Shown here: in pieces, positions 25,839 through 39,891 of the stretch
Position numbering within the stretch: position 1 is the first letter of the stretch
How the letters are laid out: every line of letters begins with the position of its first letter
From: Catajapyx aquilonaris
Lineage: Eukaryota
Length of the DNA: 64,000 bases
Assembly (NCBI GenBank): GCA_000934665.2
Contig: JYFJ02000340.1
Coordinates: 62,001 to 126,000 of the forward strand
Reading direction: 5' to 3'
Notes under the pieces: generated by a model
Database searches by the model: none
What the model was told of the DNA's origin: nothing
Seen by the model: only the letters and a program-made list of their open reading frames with translations
Made by a program: the position numbers and the translations under genes

Positions 25839-28800
25839 GCCATGTCCAATCATGGCTAATGACGTCACCCATGAATATCGATACATCGATACATCAAGGA
25901 CGGCTCCATTATGCGGAAATAAAAGCCCAGCTCATTGCTGCATGCCATGCACAGATGCACTGTGGCAAGAGACCGAGTTTCCAACGCCTTCAGGTGTGAA
26001 AAGATGTAGATAAATATTTCAAGATGGACACTCAGATGACGGCACGTTGTGAACTGCAGAAAATAATAGTGGTCGCAAACAAAAAGAAAAAGAAGCGGGG
26101 TCGGATGAGAAAAGCTCGGAGCGGAGAATCGATTCCGGGTCAATATCAGTTCTTGTTGCTTCTTGTGGTGTTTCGGGGGGAGTCTGAAAAGGGGGGTCAG
26201 GAACGTGCCCCATCTAGTACGTTATCACGATTTGAGCATCAAATTTTCATGACCGAGGATAAGAGGAATCTGCCGGGCTATGAGGCCCACTTGTAATAGT
26301 GATTTCGGCGCCATGCCCATTTAGTGTCCAGCACATGCAAGCTACTCGATGCAGCATCCCATCCAGTAGCCTCGTTGCTGTCAACGTTCAGATAAATCCA
26401 TGTTCCTTACATGAATACTGTACTACTTGGCAGAGCTTCCCCCCCTCATAACATGCAAATCGGGGTAGCCGAATCTCATTTGGCCCCCATGATTGCAAGC
26501 ATCAAGGCACGGATTTTGCGCTCTTTGCTCAACCGGCCTTGCATGCATGCCATGCGATGCCTGACTGCCATCTGGACGCCTCAATTAAATGGACACTTGC
26601 ACGCTTCATTGCTCTCGACCTTACCACCTTAAATGCTCTCAACCCTGCCACCTTCATGGCTACCAACCCGCCTCAACCCTACCACCTTCACTTTTTTTTT
26701 CTAAGAGAAAGGACCAGGTTCTTCCTACCAGAACCAAACTCCGCAAGACCAAAAACAGGTCATGAAATAAACACGAAGAATAAGAGTTCAGTATACGGAG
26801 AAGGGGATAAAAAAGGCAAGAACACTCCTGGATTCACCAGCAGGCTTATTGGAAACCCATAAGATTGGCCTACCAAGTTTTTTTCCGCCTTCCTCTTGCT
26901 TTTTTATTCAGTAAAAAAGAGGAAACGGGTTTGCATTTATGTCGGCGGACGGAATCAAGCTCCAAAGCAAAATAAGAGGGCCTGCTCTACCCAAAGGTAT
27001 TTGCACAAATTCAAGCATTCTGTATACGAGCGTACTCGGCCCCGGAGGGACTATGACACTGCCAGCCTCATACAGCTACAGCGGTGTTACGGATCTTCCT
27101 CAGCAGCCACTTCCTCGAATTGATTTCGATTCTTTCATTCCTTCGCATTCGCAAAATGTGAAATGTCTTTCTAACCGGTGGCAGTTAAAAAGGAGGGTTA
27201 TAGCAGGCGGAGAGCCACAGGCTGAAAAGGCCAGGTGCTTTTTGTTTCGACCGCTCTCGGGGGTGAACGATTGGAAAAGAATGGCTCAGATTCAGATTGG
27301 ATCAAAAGGAGGAGGATATAAGAAAGGAGCCTGATTTGAATCGGGTAGGACTTTTCATTCCTTCATCTTGACTGCTTCATGACAGAGGAGCTGTAGAATA
27401 CGCCATGGTTTGGCCGATATGCCATTTCCATTCAGCTAGGTTCACACTGGTATTTCAGGTCATTGTGGTTCGGATTCACCAATAAGAGTTGTCTTCTAAA
27501 TATTCTACTTCGGTAAGGGTGTCAAGAGTTAGCCTACTGCCCCGAGATAAATGGTGTTTTGAATGATACCATCGGGTGATAAACAATGGAGGCCTGTGTG
27601 ATATCTGATGGATATTCTAACTTCATTTCTGAAGAGACTTAACTGCTGCCTCGCACATGAATAAGAATATTCCAGACCGGATAACATAACTTATTAACTG
27701 GCTTGGTGCGAGATAGCGTCAGTCTTTCGTGAGACCTCGAAGACAGATGCGAGCATGCCATATCTTAGCCAGGTTGCATGCTGGAGGTCTACTATACCGG
27801 TAATATTTTATGAAACGTGAGATGAATTTTTAACTGGTGTTAAACATTTTTAAAGGAGTTTGAGAAACGTGTCTGTGCGTTATGTTGACTCGTATCAGAA
27901 TTTTAAAAATCTCTCTGACGTAGATGCGTATGTCAAAAGGCTTAAATAAAACAAAAGCTTTACTAAGCATAAAACTGAACAATACCACCATATTTTCAAG
28001 GGTCAAAAACACTGCAGGAAAATTATGAAGCAAACTGATAAAATTATTTTCGCATGCAAGCCTCTCTCTTTCATCCACATAAATGTTTGATCCGCTATAT
28101 ACACACACTAGCTGCGCTTTTTTTCTAGAATTTTGTATGGATTCGAGTCCTTTTATCAAATTACCCATTTGTTTTTGTACATCTGGTTAATGTCACGCAA
28201 CATTTTGCTGAAATGCTTTTGGTCAAAAGGGGCGCCCCAGGGCGCTTCTCTATATCATTCCGTGTATGTGAATTTATAATTGTGATTGCTACGTACCTTA
28301 TGACGCTATGACACAAGTCACCTGAAAGGTGAGTTTTTCTCAGGAGATAAATGAACTCAAAAAATGCTTCCATCCATTCTTGTTTTCAATTATGCTACAT
28401 TATTTCCTGGAAAAAATAAAGATCGTTACTTATTGATTTTAATCGTATGTAGCCAATCAGAAGAGCTTGCACGAGGCAAGAAATTAGAGCCGCAGGCGTG
28501 ATGTCGATTTATATGCAGCTGGTTCTTTTTGTTCCACTATATAGTCAACTATTTTACCCTGACAGCGTGCGAAGCACATACATTGTAAAGAGCAGTTCAT
28601 TTCCAGCGCAGTCCAGACTACTAATTACCTATTATAAGAGTTTGCACAATACGGTCCTGATTGTTGTTCCTCTTCACCCGTACAATGGTGCATGCATGTA
28701 CTGTATATACGGGGCGTTTAGTAATGATTACGACAAACCTATGAGGTTTAATTCCTCGGCTAGGAGGTTAAATTTGCTAATTGAAACTTTGTTAATGAGT

Positions 28801-31800
28801 TAATTTTTATTAGGTAAAACGTGTAGCGTACGTGGGCATCTGTCATATAACTTATACCGGTACGGTATCTAATGAGCTCGCGGTTTCTTTATATGCATAG
28901 TAACTTTTTATCCTGTAGGTTTGTCAGTATTATTACACCCTGTATATGGACTTCCAAGGTTATTCTCAAAGTAACCAGCCTATATATTAATGATACACGC
29001 AATATGGCATTTAAATACAGGAGTTTGTATTGTTCATTCTTGCAAAATGCAATATCGATTTTATTTCAGTCATTATCGCTGTTATCTATGCAGCTATTTT
29101 CAGCCTCCAAATATATTTAATAGGTGTCATTACTCTTCTGAAGTTTCTTTTGAAGAACAGTATACCGGTACGTTATGCTTAAGAGGAAATGACCGATTCT
29201 CTGGCGACAAAATAGCTTGTACAGATACTATCGAATGATTTCCGCCGGAAAATGCATTGTCGATAACGGCATACTTTCTCCTTTTGCTACGGCTCGCATG
29301 TTTCACAGGTGATCTATAGAAGTAACTTACTGTACGCTTCATTTTGTACAAAACTGTCGTGCAAAAAAAAAACGATCCAACAAATAATGGCGTTCTATTC
29401 CCGGCAAATAACCCAATCTCCATGTGCCTGTAACGAGATTTTTAAAGCTCACAAATTTTAATGATGAAAAATGAGTCTCTTCCGACTACAGTTCCTCTGA
29501 CAATCTGCTTGGTATTTCGGGGAAAAAGACGGTGACAATTATTTTAAAATTACAAGTTCAGCTAATAGCAAGTGCAGCGCTGTCATACTTTGAAGACATT
29601 TTTTTCACTATTTGAGTGTATTAATCAATATGCAATATTTTTGTTAAAATTCAAACATGGAAAGCAAATTAGTGCTCATTATCATTAACAGCACCAATAA
29701 AAATTTACCTGCCTTTTGATCGGTTTATGAAGATTGGTTAAGTGCAAAGTGCAGTTAAATCTCCATTGAAATTTAAAGAAATTACGCAATTTACGATTCA
29801 AATTTCACCATTTTTATTCTCTAAATGGTGGTACTGTACAGGCTTTAATGCAGTTGGCCCACAGTTTTTAAAAAATTTCCACTATCTTACCCATTGACGT
29901 TTGATGACTAGGACCATAACCATGCCAACTGTGTGTATATGCTGAACATTTTTGTCGAAACATAATGCGCCCTTAGTGCCGTATATAGGATTGCCTACAG
30001 GCAAGTGGGAGCCATTCGAGAGTGGGTCCGTATAATATGATTTGGCAAATAGTAAAACGGAACAGAGTGCACAATAAGTGAATGGGAAGTAAGCAAAAGG
30101 TGGCAGAGATAAGGTTGCAAGAAGGGACACTCCGGAATAAGAAAAAGCTCCCCACGGCACTGGTGCACTTGGCAACAGGGGCCCAGTTATGGCCGCTCTC
30201 TCCGGCCAGTAAACAGCTTTATATCTCGGCCACCATTTTCCCCAGGCAGCCGGGTCGGAGTTCTGCGTCCTAAAGGAAATCGATGCAACTCTAATCATCA
30301 TTATTTCCACCAATTCTTTTGTCGATGGAGCCCACCCCAATGCAAACTTTCTCAACTCCTTTTTTTTGTTTTGGCTCCGGTAGAAAACTGACTCGCTCAC
30401 GCATGTGAACAAGCGGCGGCGCCCCCTTTTAATTGACTAGAGGAAACAATGTGAAAATGGTTTAAACTAATGGACACATGCTATACAAGCTCTGGAGAGA
30501 GAGGTTCTCAACTCTTGGTATAACGGCCATTGTTTGCTACTTCCTCTTTAGACGAAACAGGAGAAGTTTGGCTCTACGTCTCTCTCCTTCCCTCTCCCCT
30601 CCCTACCCATCGCTTTCCCCTTTACTAACGCATTTGATGGCGGAAGAAATAAGGGCAAGAAAAAAGGGGGGAAGAAAAACACGTACTGTTATGTGCGCTA
30701 TTCCCGAAAGATCTTCAACCGTGGCCGGGAGAGAGGAAATAAAAAATTGTGTAAAAAGTTCATTGTGCTCCTGCCTTTGACACTACACAAATCCTATTGA
30801 ATGGCCTGCAAGTTTTGTGTCTTCCCAAGTCTCTCCCATTTATCTTGGACGTTTAGGAAAGTGCACAAAAAATGCTAAAAAAAACTTAAATTCCTTTTGT
30901 AATACTCTGCTTTGTAATGAAAAACCCTGTTTCAACTTTGATTCTCCTTCTCGGAAAAGACCTTACAACTTTTGGAAAGGGGTTTAGGCAAATGGTTTGG
31001 CTACGCAAGAAGCAAGAGAAGCAGAGAGCGGAGACGGAGGAGGAGAGCAGGGAGGAGGGAAGAAGGGGGGAGAGAGAAGGAATAGAATCTCGCCGAGAGA
31101 TTCCAGAGGAAACAGTATTTTATATTTTGCCCTGCCTTTGTGAGATGAATTTGCAAACGACCGGAGGATATTGAATCTAGACGGGGGTATATGGGTGTGG
31201 CTTGGGGCTAATATCAGATACTTTGGCCCATCCGAGCGAGCAAGCAAGCAAGCAAGCATATCCACACTGTGGGGGTAACCCAAAGCACGATTTTCTTTTC
31301 TTTTTCCTGAACCAGCCAGGAAAAAGTTGGTTCCAGAATGTAGAGCAGACATTTTGACACGCACGAAGCACTCGAGTAATTATGAGCGAGTCTTTTGATC
31401 GCCCATTTAATGACTGATCTCATCCAAGAAGCCTTCAGGAGCAGGCGCTCATTTGGCAAACACAATCCGCCCTCCCCCCCATAACAAGCAAAGGACCTTG
31501 TGGAGGCCGGGGCCCTACGAGGCACAAAATCCATCGCCCCCCTCTGACCATTACTAACCCATAATCCCACCGCCCAACTCCTTGATGCGATAATTACAGC
31601 CTCGTTGTAATTACCAATAAAAGTCGGGCGCAAGTTTTTCCATCACCCCCAAGTCTTTGACTTGCGATGAGGCCCGGGACCAAATAAACTCTGTAATAAA
31701 ATACGAGGTGTGATTAAAGCACAGAAAAGCCTGTCATCATCATGCAAACTTTTCCAGCCCCAGACTCTTTTGACTTGTGCGTCCTGGGGGAAATTCTCGG

Positions 31801-32261
31801 CAGGCGCCGGATTTTCCATCCCATTAGGCAACCACTCAGCCTCCCAAACCCATTCACTTGCCCTCTCCCACTACACTCCCGCCTTACTCCCACCCAGCCA
31901 ACCACACCCCCCTTTTCTTGCACAAAGACTTGGCAGAAACAATTCTTTCTCTGTCCCATCGCAATCGTCTTCGCTAACCGCCCTTCTTCCCGCTACCTGC
32001 ACGTGGCCGGTGTCATGGCTGCTTCTACTGCCAGTCATAGCCACGGACTAGATATCTCAGGACTGGCCACTTCCCGCTTTTCGCGTTGGGAGGGAAACGG
32101 AACCACAGGCGGCGTGCTGATCAGGGGCCAGACCGAAGAGAAGCACATAGCGTCTTATTTAAACCAATAAGCTGCTGCTGGGCCCTAAGCGCGTCCTCTT
32201 CGAACTAGTCAACTACTAGCATTGATGGTATCCACGCGATGTGCTTTTCTTCGGTTTGGCC

Positions 32262-32800
32262 CATGGTCTTAGAATACTAAGGTCTGGACACTTCCTCTTA
32301 TCGCCTGCCGGGGCGTTTTGCATGAGGTCCTCACTTGAGAGCGCCATGAGACAGCTTTTCATTGCGCTATTATGTGGCGACCCTATACAGTATTGGTCAT
32401 ATATCGAGGCAACCGCCAGCGACATTTTCCGAAACGGCAGAAAAAGGAATCTTGCTCACCCGGCTTGTAGCATGCTTATCTTCGATTCCTTCTTCTGCCG
32501 CTGCCGCTTCGGAAAATGTCGCTGGAATGTTGCCTCGATATATGACCAATACTGTACCTGACTACGCTGAACTAAGGTGGAAGAGAAGCCGCTACATGCG
32601 GGCCCAACATGGCCGCCGGCGACCATGTTGGTTCTCCCAATGTAGCGCTTCCCTTTTTTACCTATAATGTTCAGCGTAGTCCGGTAGGGTCTCCACATAA
32701 TAGCGCAATGAAAGGTCTCAAGGCGCTCTCGGGTGAGCACCTCACGCAAAACGCCCCGGCGGCGATAAGATAAGATTGTAGGGGAAGTGTCCAGGGGCTG
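32262..32800 (-). mobile_element. Foldback MITE family with 8-bp TSD (P-superfamily-like), copy B, carrying a nested MITE
   Basis: Perfect TSD GTTTGGCC (32254-32261, 32801-32808). CATGGTCTTAG end on the left, ...GTGTCCAGGGGCTG end on the right; about 368 bp once the insert is removed. Confidence 0.92.
32388..32554. mobile_element. 167-bp Tc1-like MITE nested in copy B
   Basis: TA|CAGTATTGGTCATATATCGAGGCAAC...GTTGCCTCGATATATGACCAATACTG|TA; interrupts the cccTAcc site that is intact in copies A and C. Confidence 0.92.
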
Positions 32801-35351
32801 GTTTGGCCCCTGATTAGCAAGCCGCCTGTGGTTCCGGAGTGCATAACCTCCCTGTTTCCTTCCCAACGCTATAAGAGTGGGAGTGACCAGTCCTTATAAA
32901 TACCTCGTCCGTGGTCATAGCTCACATGATTCGGAATATTCAGAAGTGAATTATAATGGCATGGGAATTTCCCGCCAGACCAGATCCGGCTCGTGTAGAC
33001 AATCCGGCGCGGCTGACAGCCCAAGTCGGATCCACACCTGTCCATGCTCGGACTGCGTTAACTCCTGGTCCACCACAAGATTTGTTATGATCTGGAACAA
33101 ATGCAGCCTTTCCGCCAACATGTCATAAAAACACGCGGCCGTTTGTAAAAATATGCTGCAAAACGTGTTGATTAAAAAAATAAAGTGTAAGTTATGTGGC
33201 CCTCCAGGGGGGTAGTACAGGAATGAAAAACTGGCCCTACAAATCCGCCTGTGGCCAGCAAGCCAGCATTATTATAAAGCGGCGGAGCACGCATAAATTC
33301 TATCCGTCGTAGTGCACGTGCACGCATATGATGACTAACCCTGCGGCAAAATTAATGCAAGCCTGCCTTAGTAATCACGATGGTGCGGATAAAATCAATT
33401 GTCCTGCCGATCTGGGGCTAACCATGGCGCGCCCGTAACCAGATTAGGGGCCAACATCATTCCCACTTGCTGTTTTCTACAACCGCGAAAATTTCCACAA
33501 ATTATCCGAACATTTGTGACTCCTGTGCACCACACACCACCTTCCTGGAAAACCATGCAGGACTGGCTGTAGAATTATGTACAAATATGGCCACAAATTC
33601 GGAGAATTCTTTGGGTATAAACAACAGAGTAAATGAAATTCAAGGAAGCGCAATAGTCAAGGTCATAAATGAATAAACCTATACACGCATGGGGGATAAT
33701 TAATTACTTTTTTCTCAATTACACTGCAAGGCTGGCAGGTACGGCATACTATAAATCTCATGTAACTACAGAACACGCGGTATTAGTTCTTTGCGCGGTA
33801 TTCACACCAGCATACAACAGACTTTTTTCTGCTCATATCTGATTACTGCACTGAAACTATGAATGCATAAAAAATGTTTAGTAGGGGCTTAAAATTAGGA
33901 CAGGTAAGTGCAAGTGCAGACTAATATCCGTTTATTTAATATTGACCCCTGTGCTTGACTCGAAACAACTCCCAGCCAAATAATTCAAAAAATTCGCGTT
34001 ATATACCATATCGTTCGAAAGCTTGTTTAAATCCACGTTACATATATGCGAGTGGTTTTCCTATCGTCAGTCTCTAATTTTTAATCGCAAAAAGAAGGCG
34101 GAATGGTGTCATTTTTTGACTAGTTGCCGACCTTACGTCGCAAAGTGATTTTTTCTGACACTTCCCGGAGGCCAAAAAAATCCCCCTATGAACCCTGGCT
34201 AGTGCAAATCTTTGTTTATCTAATGATATATTTGAAACATATAAATCGCCATTTGTGTAATCATAATTAAGTTAATTGCACACCTATGTTATCTCGGCCG
34301 TTTATAATCCGAATTACTATAATAATGTGAGGTCACATTAGTCGACATTAGCAATTCTAATTTTCACATTTACAGTGCATTATACTGCTTTTTCCGGATT
34401 AGTTCCATAAAGCAGGTTCCTTATTGTTATACGATATTAAGATCTGAAAATGACGATGGAGGTAGAGTTAGTTACAGGAAGTATATATAACCGTAAGGTA
34501 CGAACTTCAAGACTTTTCGCGTGACCTGCAAATAATGCGCCAGATGTCAAGGAAGAGGGGGAAGTCAAACCCACAGTCAATATTACTGAATAAACCCGAG
34601 GAACTTTAATAAGCCTCCAACATTTCCCGTATACGCCTGCTGCTGTATATACACCATTGATGCACATATAAGGCAGCTCTCATCTTACCCCTTCACACCA
34701 ACCCAAATGTATAACTTAAGGCGATAAGACACGAAGATGCGTGATTTGACAACACCGCTTTTTGTGGGTATTATCGTATTCTGAGTTTTCGCGAACAGGT
34801 TTGTCCAAATGTGGTTAGATAATATTTCTCATACAGTGCCAGTGTCGACACTGTCAGTATACACTTCAATGTAAGTACCGGTGTGTTTGGATGGGATGGG
34901 TGAAATATATCCTGTGTATATGCCTGCTGTATAATTCGAGGGTCTTTTTACAACATGTGATGACACTGACCTGTTCAATAGCGTAGGTTTAATTCCCACA
35001 ACGGTGCGAATTACTCCACGTGCACTACATTACGTTATCTGAACGGTCATTAACATTTGCAGGTAGGCCGAATTAATGCCTCTTTTATCCTTTAGTGTCC
35101 ATTTATCTAACAAGGACTTCACACATCGTCTATATGCTGCATCAGGATGGGCCTGCAGTAGGCCTATAACCAAAAATTCAAGTACATAATCAACTGATCA
35201 TATATAGTAGAACATACTCATGTAATGCCATCGATGACTGATCCATAAAATTTTAATTGCATGTTGAGACCGTATCACACGTGTACAGTAACAAGAATAC
35301 TCGAATGCAAATTCCTGGCACAGTTCATGTGATATTAACATAATTGAGCCT

Positions 35352-35393
35352 TAGTAGTAGTAGTAGTCGTAGTCGTAGTCGTAGTCGTAGTCG
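35352..35393 (+). repeat. Compound microsatellite (TAG)n then (GTAGTC)n
   Basis: tagtagtagtagtagtcgtagtcgtagtcgtagtcgtagtcg read directly. Confidence 0.95.
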
Positions 35394-35624
35394 CGATAAT
35401 GATATGGGCAAGTGTAAGTGAATAATTACAATCCTTTCTCCTTCAGTCACTAGTCATGAGATTAGCTCAAGGCAGATGAATTCTTTACAGCTGCACTATA
35501 GTGAAATGATATAGGATTAATAATGAGCCACGAGACACTCTGACCACTTTAGAGATCCTGCCGTATAATAATGAAAAATCATTCATTACATTGGACGGTT
35601 AAAATTAAGTTCAGTATATGTTTA

Positions 35625-35770
35625 GGGCCGTTTCTCGAACAGTGGTTCAAATGTAAACCCGGTTCAAAGCCGATTTAAACCCTTGACAACAGCCTAACAA
35701 CAATCAAATCAGGGATTAAACTGTCTTTGAACCTGGTTTACATTTGAACCACTGTTCAAGAAAACTGCCC
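35625..35770. mobile_element. 146-bp Tourist-like (PIF/Harbinger) MITE
   Basis: TTA|GGGCCGTTTCTCGAACAGTGGTTCAAATGTAAACC...GGTTTACATTTGAACCACTGTTCAAGAAAACTGCCC|TTA; 3-bp TTA TSD and GGG termini. Confidence 0.9.
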
Positions 35771-37866
35771 TTAGACAAGTTTAAGGGAAAAATAGCGTAT
35801 GTGCAGTGAAAGTTGAAAGGCAAGTTTTGTCCGGTTATGTCCGTCCCCCCCCATATTCCTCCGCCACTGATACACTCACATGCCTAATATGACACACGAG
35901 CAGAGTATGATGAAACCTTCACTGACTGTCAGACCATTTGACAGTTGTCCCTAAGCAAGTTCATTATTATTTAACAACAATTTATCAATCGTGTGTTACT
36001 CCGAATATCTGCCAATAGTTTATTATCTGCATGGCAAAACAATAATTCTGCAATCTCATTTCGCCTACTGCGTCATTATATTTGTTGCCATTTATGAAAT
36101 GTACTATACATGCATTATGCTGGCATATTTGCTGTAGAAGCTTAGTTCAATTACTCGAATCGCGCAATATTTACGGTTTGCCTGGCACACAAATTAAATA
36201 AATGCTGCAATCCATGTATAACATTACGATTCCACCTATCTATACCATTGAAATAAATATCCGGCTATATTGCTATCCGAACCTGCACTGGTTTCCAGCA
36301 ATTGCACACTCGAATTCACACTGCTCCAGAATACCATCGCAGCCTGCAAAAAAAAAAATGTAATTGCATTCTGCAAGCGCTCGGGCCCTATCGGCATAAA
36401 TAATGCACACCTGTGTTACACAATAAGTTCCATCAGCCAGCATTTGGTACGAGCTTAACTGCAGCTAATCAAGTCAGCCAAATGTATTTGTGATGATGCT
36501 TTCCCAACCAGCTCAAGCTCCGATCACCGATGTCGGTTTCTCACCTCCATCACTGCTTTATTAGCATCCAGAACAGATGGTAACCCATTAATGTATAGTA
36601 AGCATTTGGTATCGACCCGAGGTGAAATGATGGAGACTCAGATAATCGCGCTTAATTCGTACCGCAGTGAAAGTCCTAATCCATCAAAGAGGATAACGAT
36701 GTTAGGCACGGACCACATCATGAGTAGTCTGCAGTTAAGATCGCCACTGCACATAAAACCGGATCGCATGCTGCACATTGTATTATATGATCATATTGCA
36801 GTCCTACTGCTTTTACCCGGGATTCAGCTGAATTTTTTATTGCATGTCATTATTACTCGCTGTAAATGAAGTACTGTAGTTCCGTATAATTTTGCCTTCT
36901 AGCTCTCACTGCCTTCCGGTATTTGCCTATCAATATTTACCTTCAGTTGAAAAAGTCTGCAGAGTAAGTATTATTAAAGGACGAGCGAGATACTGTATAT
37001 GCATGTGACATATCTTTAATGAAATCGTAGTGGCAACAGCAAGTATTACATAACTATATATACACATAAAGCACAGCCTAGGTACACAAGGTGAACTTGG
37101 AATATTTGGTCCCGTATTGAACCAAAAATATATCGTGAAAAGCATTTTGTAGTTTACAGTAGTTTATAATGTACATGCTGAATAAATAAATTAACAGCGG
37201 GCCGAAATGATTATAGCTGTCGCTTTGTAAATCCAGAGAACAAGCCGTTTTCTGCTGAAAAATATCGCTGCCATTCTTCATTTCATTACTGCATAAATAT
37301 GCAATTCGTATTACCAATTTAGCAGCACTATAGCCAGGTTCACGGTACAAAAATATGCAAAAATCCGTTGATGTCTGAAATGTTCGCTGCCGGAAAGGGG
37401 TGGTATGCAAATGAGACACCAAATGAAAATGATCGACTTGGTTTTTGAAAGAGTAGAACCTCTTCCAGCCCACAGAAAAAAAATCAACACAAGTTTGTGC
37501 AGATACCCAGCAATACTCTACCAAGATGTCTTCTCCACGACAGAGGCGATTCCTGTTTGGGCATTAGGCGGCAGCCTTGTTTGCTCTACTCGGTTTGCTC
37601 TCGAAACGATTCCTTCAACAAAAAGTATCGAACCGTCCGGTCATAAAAGCTCCCATCAGCCACTGATGTACGTTTTGTTTGCCCCATTCGTAACCCTTTG
37701 GGAGAAAGTGATGGGGGTGACGCACGCGGAACTGAAAGGCAATAGTTTATAAGTAGTTCCCAAAAACAAAAGCCGGACTTAATAACTCCAGCCACTCAGT
37801 TTGCTCGATTCTATAGGTTTCACATGATATGGACTTGTTCAAATTACGTTTCGATAGTGTACGTCT

Positions 37867-37959
37867 TCAATTCGTATCATTTTGGTAGCCCTGGGCAGAG
37901 TCGGTAATTAGGACGTTGTAAAGGTCAATGACCGTGGGTAGACGGTAATAGAACGGGTC
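37867..37959 (-). CDS. Candidate terminal coding exon, unknown product
   Basis: Strong acceptor atttcctttgacctctctcAG, then DPFYYRLPTVIDLYNVLITDSAQGYQNDTN-stop with many C-ending codons. No recognised homology and no in-frame upstream exon found. Confidence 0.2.
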   Translation of the reverse strand, partial: DPFYYRLPTVIDLYNVLITDSAQGYQNDTN

Positions 37960-39202
37960 CTGAGAGAGGTCAAAGGAAATTGTTCTACTTCGGACAAACG
38001 ACCATTCGGGCAGCTTCAGATCAGTTACAAACTTGCTCAATTCAAAGATGGCGTTTGGGCCAGTCAAGTTGCACCAAGAATGCTATTCGGGTATTGAACA
38101 TCGTGACGTCACAAAGCAACCCGAACCACGCCCGTTCTTTAGATTACAGAGCCTTTTCGTAACAACAAAACTTCTATTCGTCATATCCTCTCTCGGACTC
38201 GCCTAATTGCAACGGTCTAAAATGTGCATCTTTCAAGAGTCGCTGAAGCACACCGTTGCCACAAAAACCTTTCCTTTTTGTGCTCCTTCACCTAGAATGC
38301 AGTACCCCAGCGTAGTTAGTTAGAGGTGTTTTTACGGCCTTCTGTTCCAGCCAGCCCATGCACCTCATCCTTTCTGGAAAGCATATGTTGAGCCAGATGG
38401 CGAGCAAGAAGGCGCATACAACTCGAGGCTGCCACCTGAAGCATAGCACAACTACATCGACCAAACTCCGGAGTACAAACTCACCAGGCTGCACCTTACT
38501 TACTACTAAACTATACAATTTACTGCTGGCCCGCTTATTCCAAAAGCCTCCCCCCATCCCCCCAGCCGCCTTCCACCAATCTTCAGCCTGGTTTCACATT
38601 GCGCTTACGCTACTATTCCATCCGGTCGGAAGTGACGTTTCCTTCCGCTTCTTAGCCCAAAGGGTTGACTACTAGATTTTGAGCTCAGCCTGTCCTTTGA
38701 TCTCTCCCAGAATTACTGCCAAGAGCGGTTGGCGATGGTGCTGACACCTACGACACCACCAGACATGACCCAATGACCTATTCATAATTACAACTTCCAG
38801 GAGACCTTAAGTTCAAAATAGTCTCCAAGAGAGGCGATACTCCTTCTTCCTCACTTGTCAGGAAGAGGTATTGGAGGTGGTTATTTTGAGCTTCAGGTCT
38901 GCTACCTTACCACGGTCTTATAGTAAAGTCTGAGTACCCCCCAACCCCCTGCATGAGCTTAGTTCAGCCGCCCTTTCCATGGAGGTTGCCGCTTCGGCGC
39001 TGGTGTAGGGGTGGGCGACCTAAGCTCAAGGGGGGTTTCCATAAACCTGGGGTAGGAGTGTCAGTGTCAAACCTTACTCTACTCTCCCTAATGTATTGTA
39101 GTAATGAAAATACTTCGTTGATATTGGTTACTGTATGCGATCTAGATTAACGCCATTACAAATCCAGTCCTTACAAGAGCGACATATGTATGTAATTGGC
39201 TA

Positions 39203-39477
39203 TTAAAAATTAGCGATATCAAACGGCCTGGAGAGTTTATCGCGGACCGCATGGTAGTATCGGGCATCCTCCGGCAATTGAGCAATATTTGTACACAGCA
39301 CGGTTCCCGCATGTGACGCCTTATCGATTTGTCCAGTGAGCCCACCCATTGCTCGACCCAAAATATCATTGTGTGCACTTGTTGCCCCGAACACAACTTT
39401 CCCATACTCTTCCGTGTTACGCAGTATGACGGCCCGCATCATCCTGTCTGGACCGTCCAACTTGCCAGAACCAAATG
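39203..39477 (-). CDS. Candidate coding exon, unknown product
   Basis: Acceptor ttttttgcgcctttAG, then a 90-codon open frame FGSGKLDGPDRMMRAVILRNTEEYGKVVFG...FDIANF-stop with globular-protein-like composition, in a GC-richer patch. No family recognised. Confidence 0.28.
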
Positions 39478-39891
39478 CTAAAGGCGCAAAAAAATATATA
39501 CGGTATATGAATTAAATAACAGTGACGGTTGTGGGTGCCACTTCATAGGTCTTCTGTCAACTCTGCACGGTAATGGCGTATAAGTGGTATAACCGCAAGC
39601 ACTTTAGCAGCTTAGTAGCTAAATTGGATGCGTGGCTTTTTGTGGAGATTCGGTTGATATTGATCCTTCGCAGTAGTTACATGTTACAGCTTATGTTAAA
39701 ACTGGCCTTTTTATGAAGCTTAAAAAAGCCAAAATGACGCATTTTTACCAGTAAGCTTATACAGAGAAATCCTTAAATATAGTGATTCTCTGGTGTTCAT
39801 AACCGGGCATAATAACACATCTCAAAAAGGATTTTGTGGTTAGTCTTAAAAAGCTATCCTCAGTTTTGAAATATGTGATATCGCCACTTAA

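Noticed and set aside
25421..26013. Similar peptides (…QNAPAGDKR…LSILRPW) recurring at 25.4-26.0, 32.2-32.9 and 44.2-44.6 kb as a gene family
   Set aside because: They are translations of the same palindromic MITE family on both strands.
27478..27492. 15-mer ACCAATAAGAGTTGT repeated at ~49688
   Set aside because: An isolated match with no flanking homology, compatible with chance in 64 kb.
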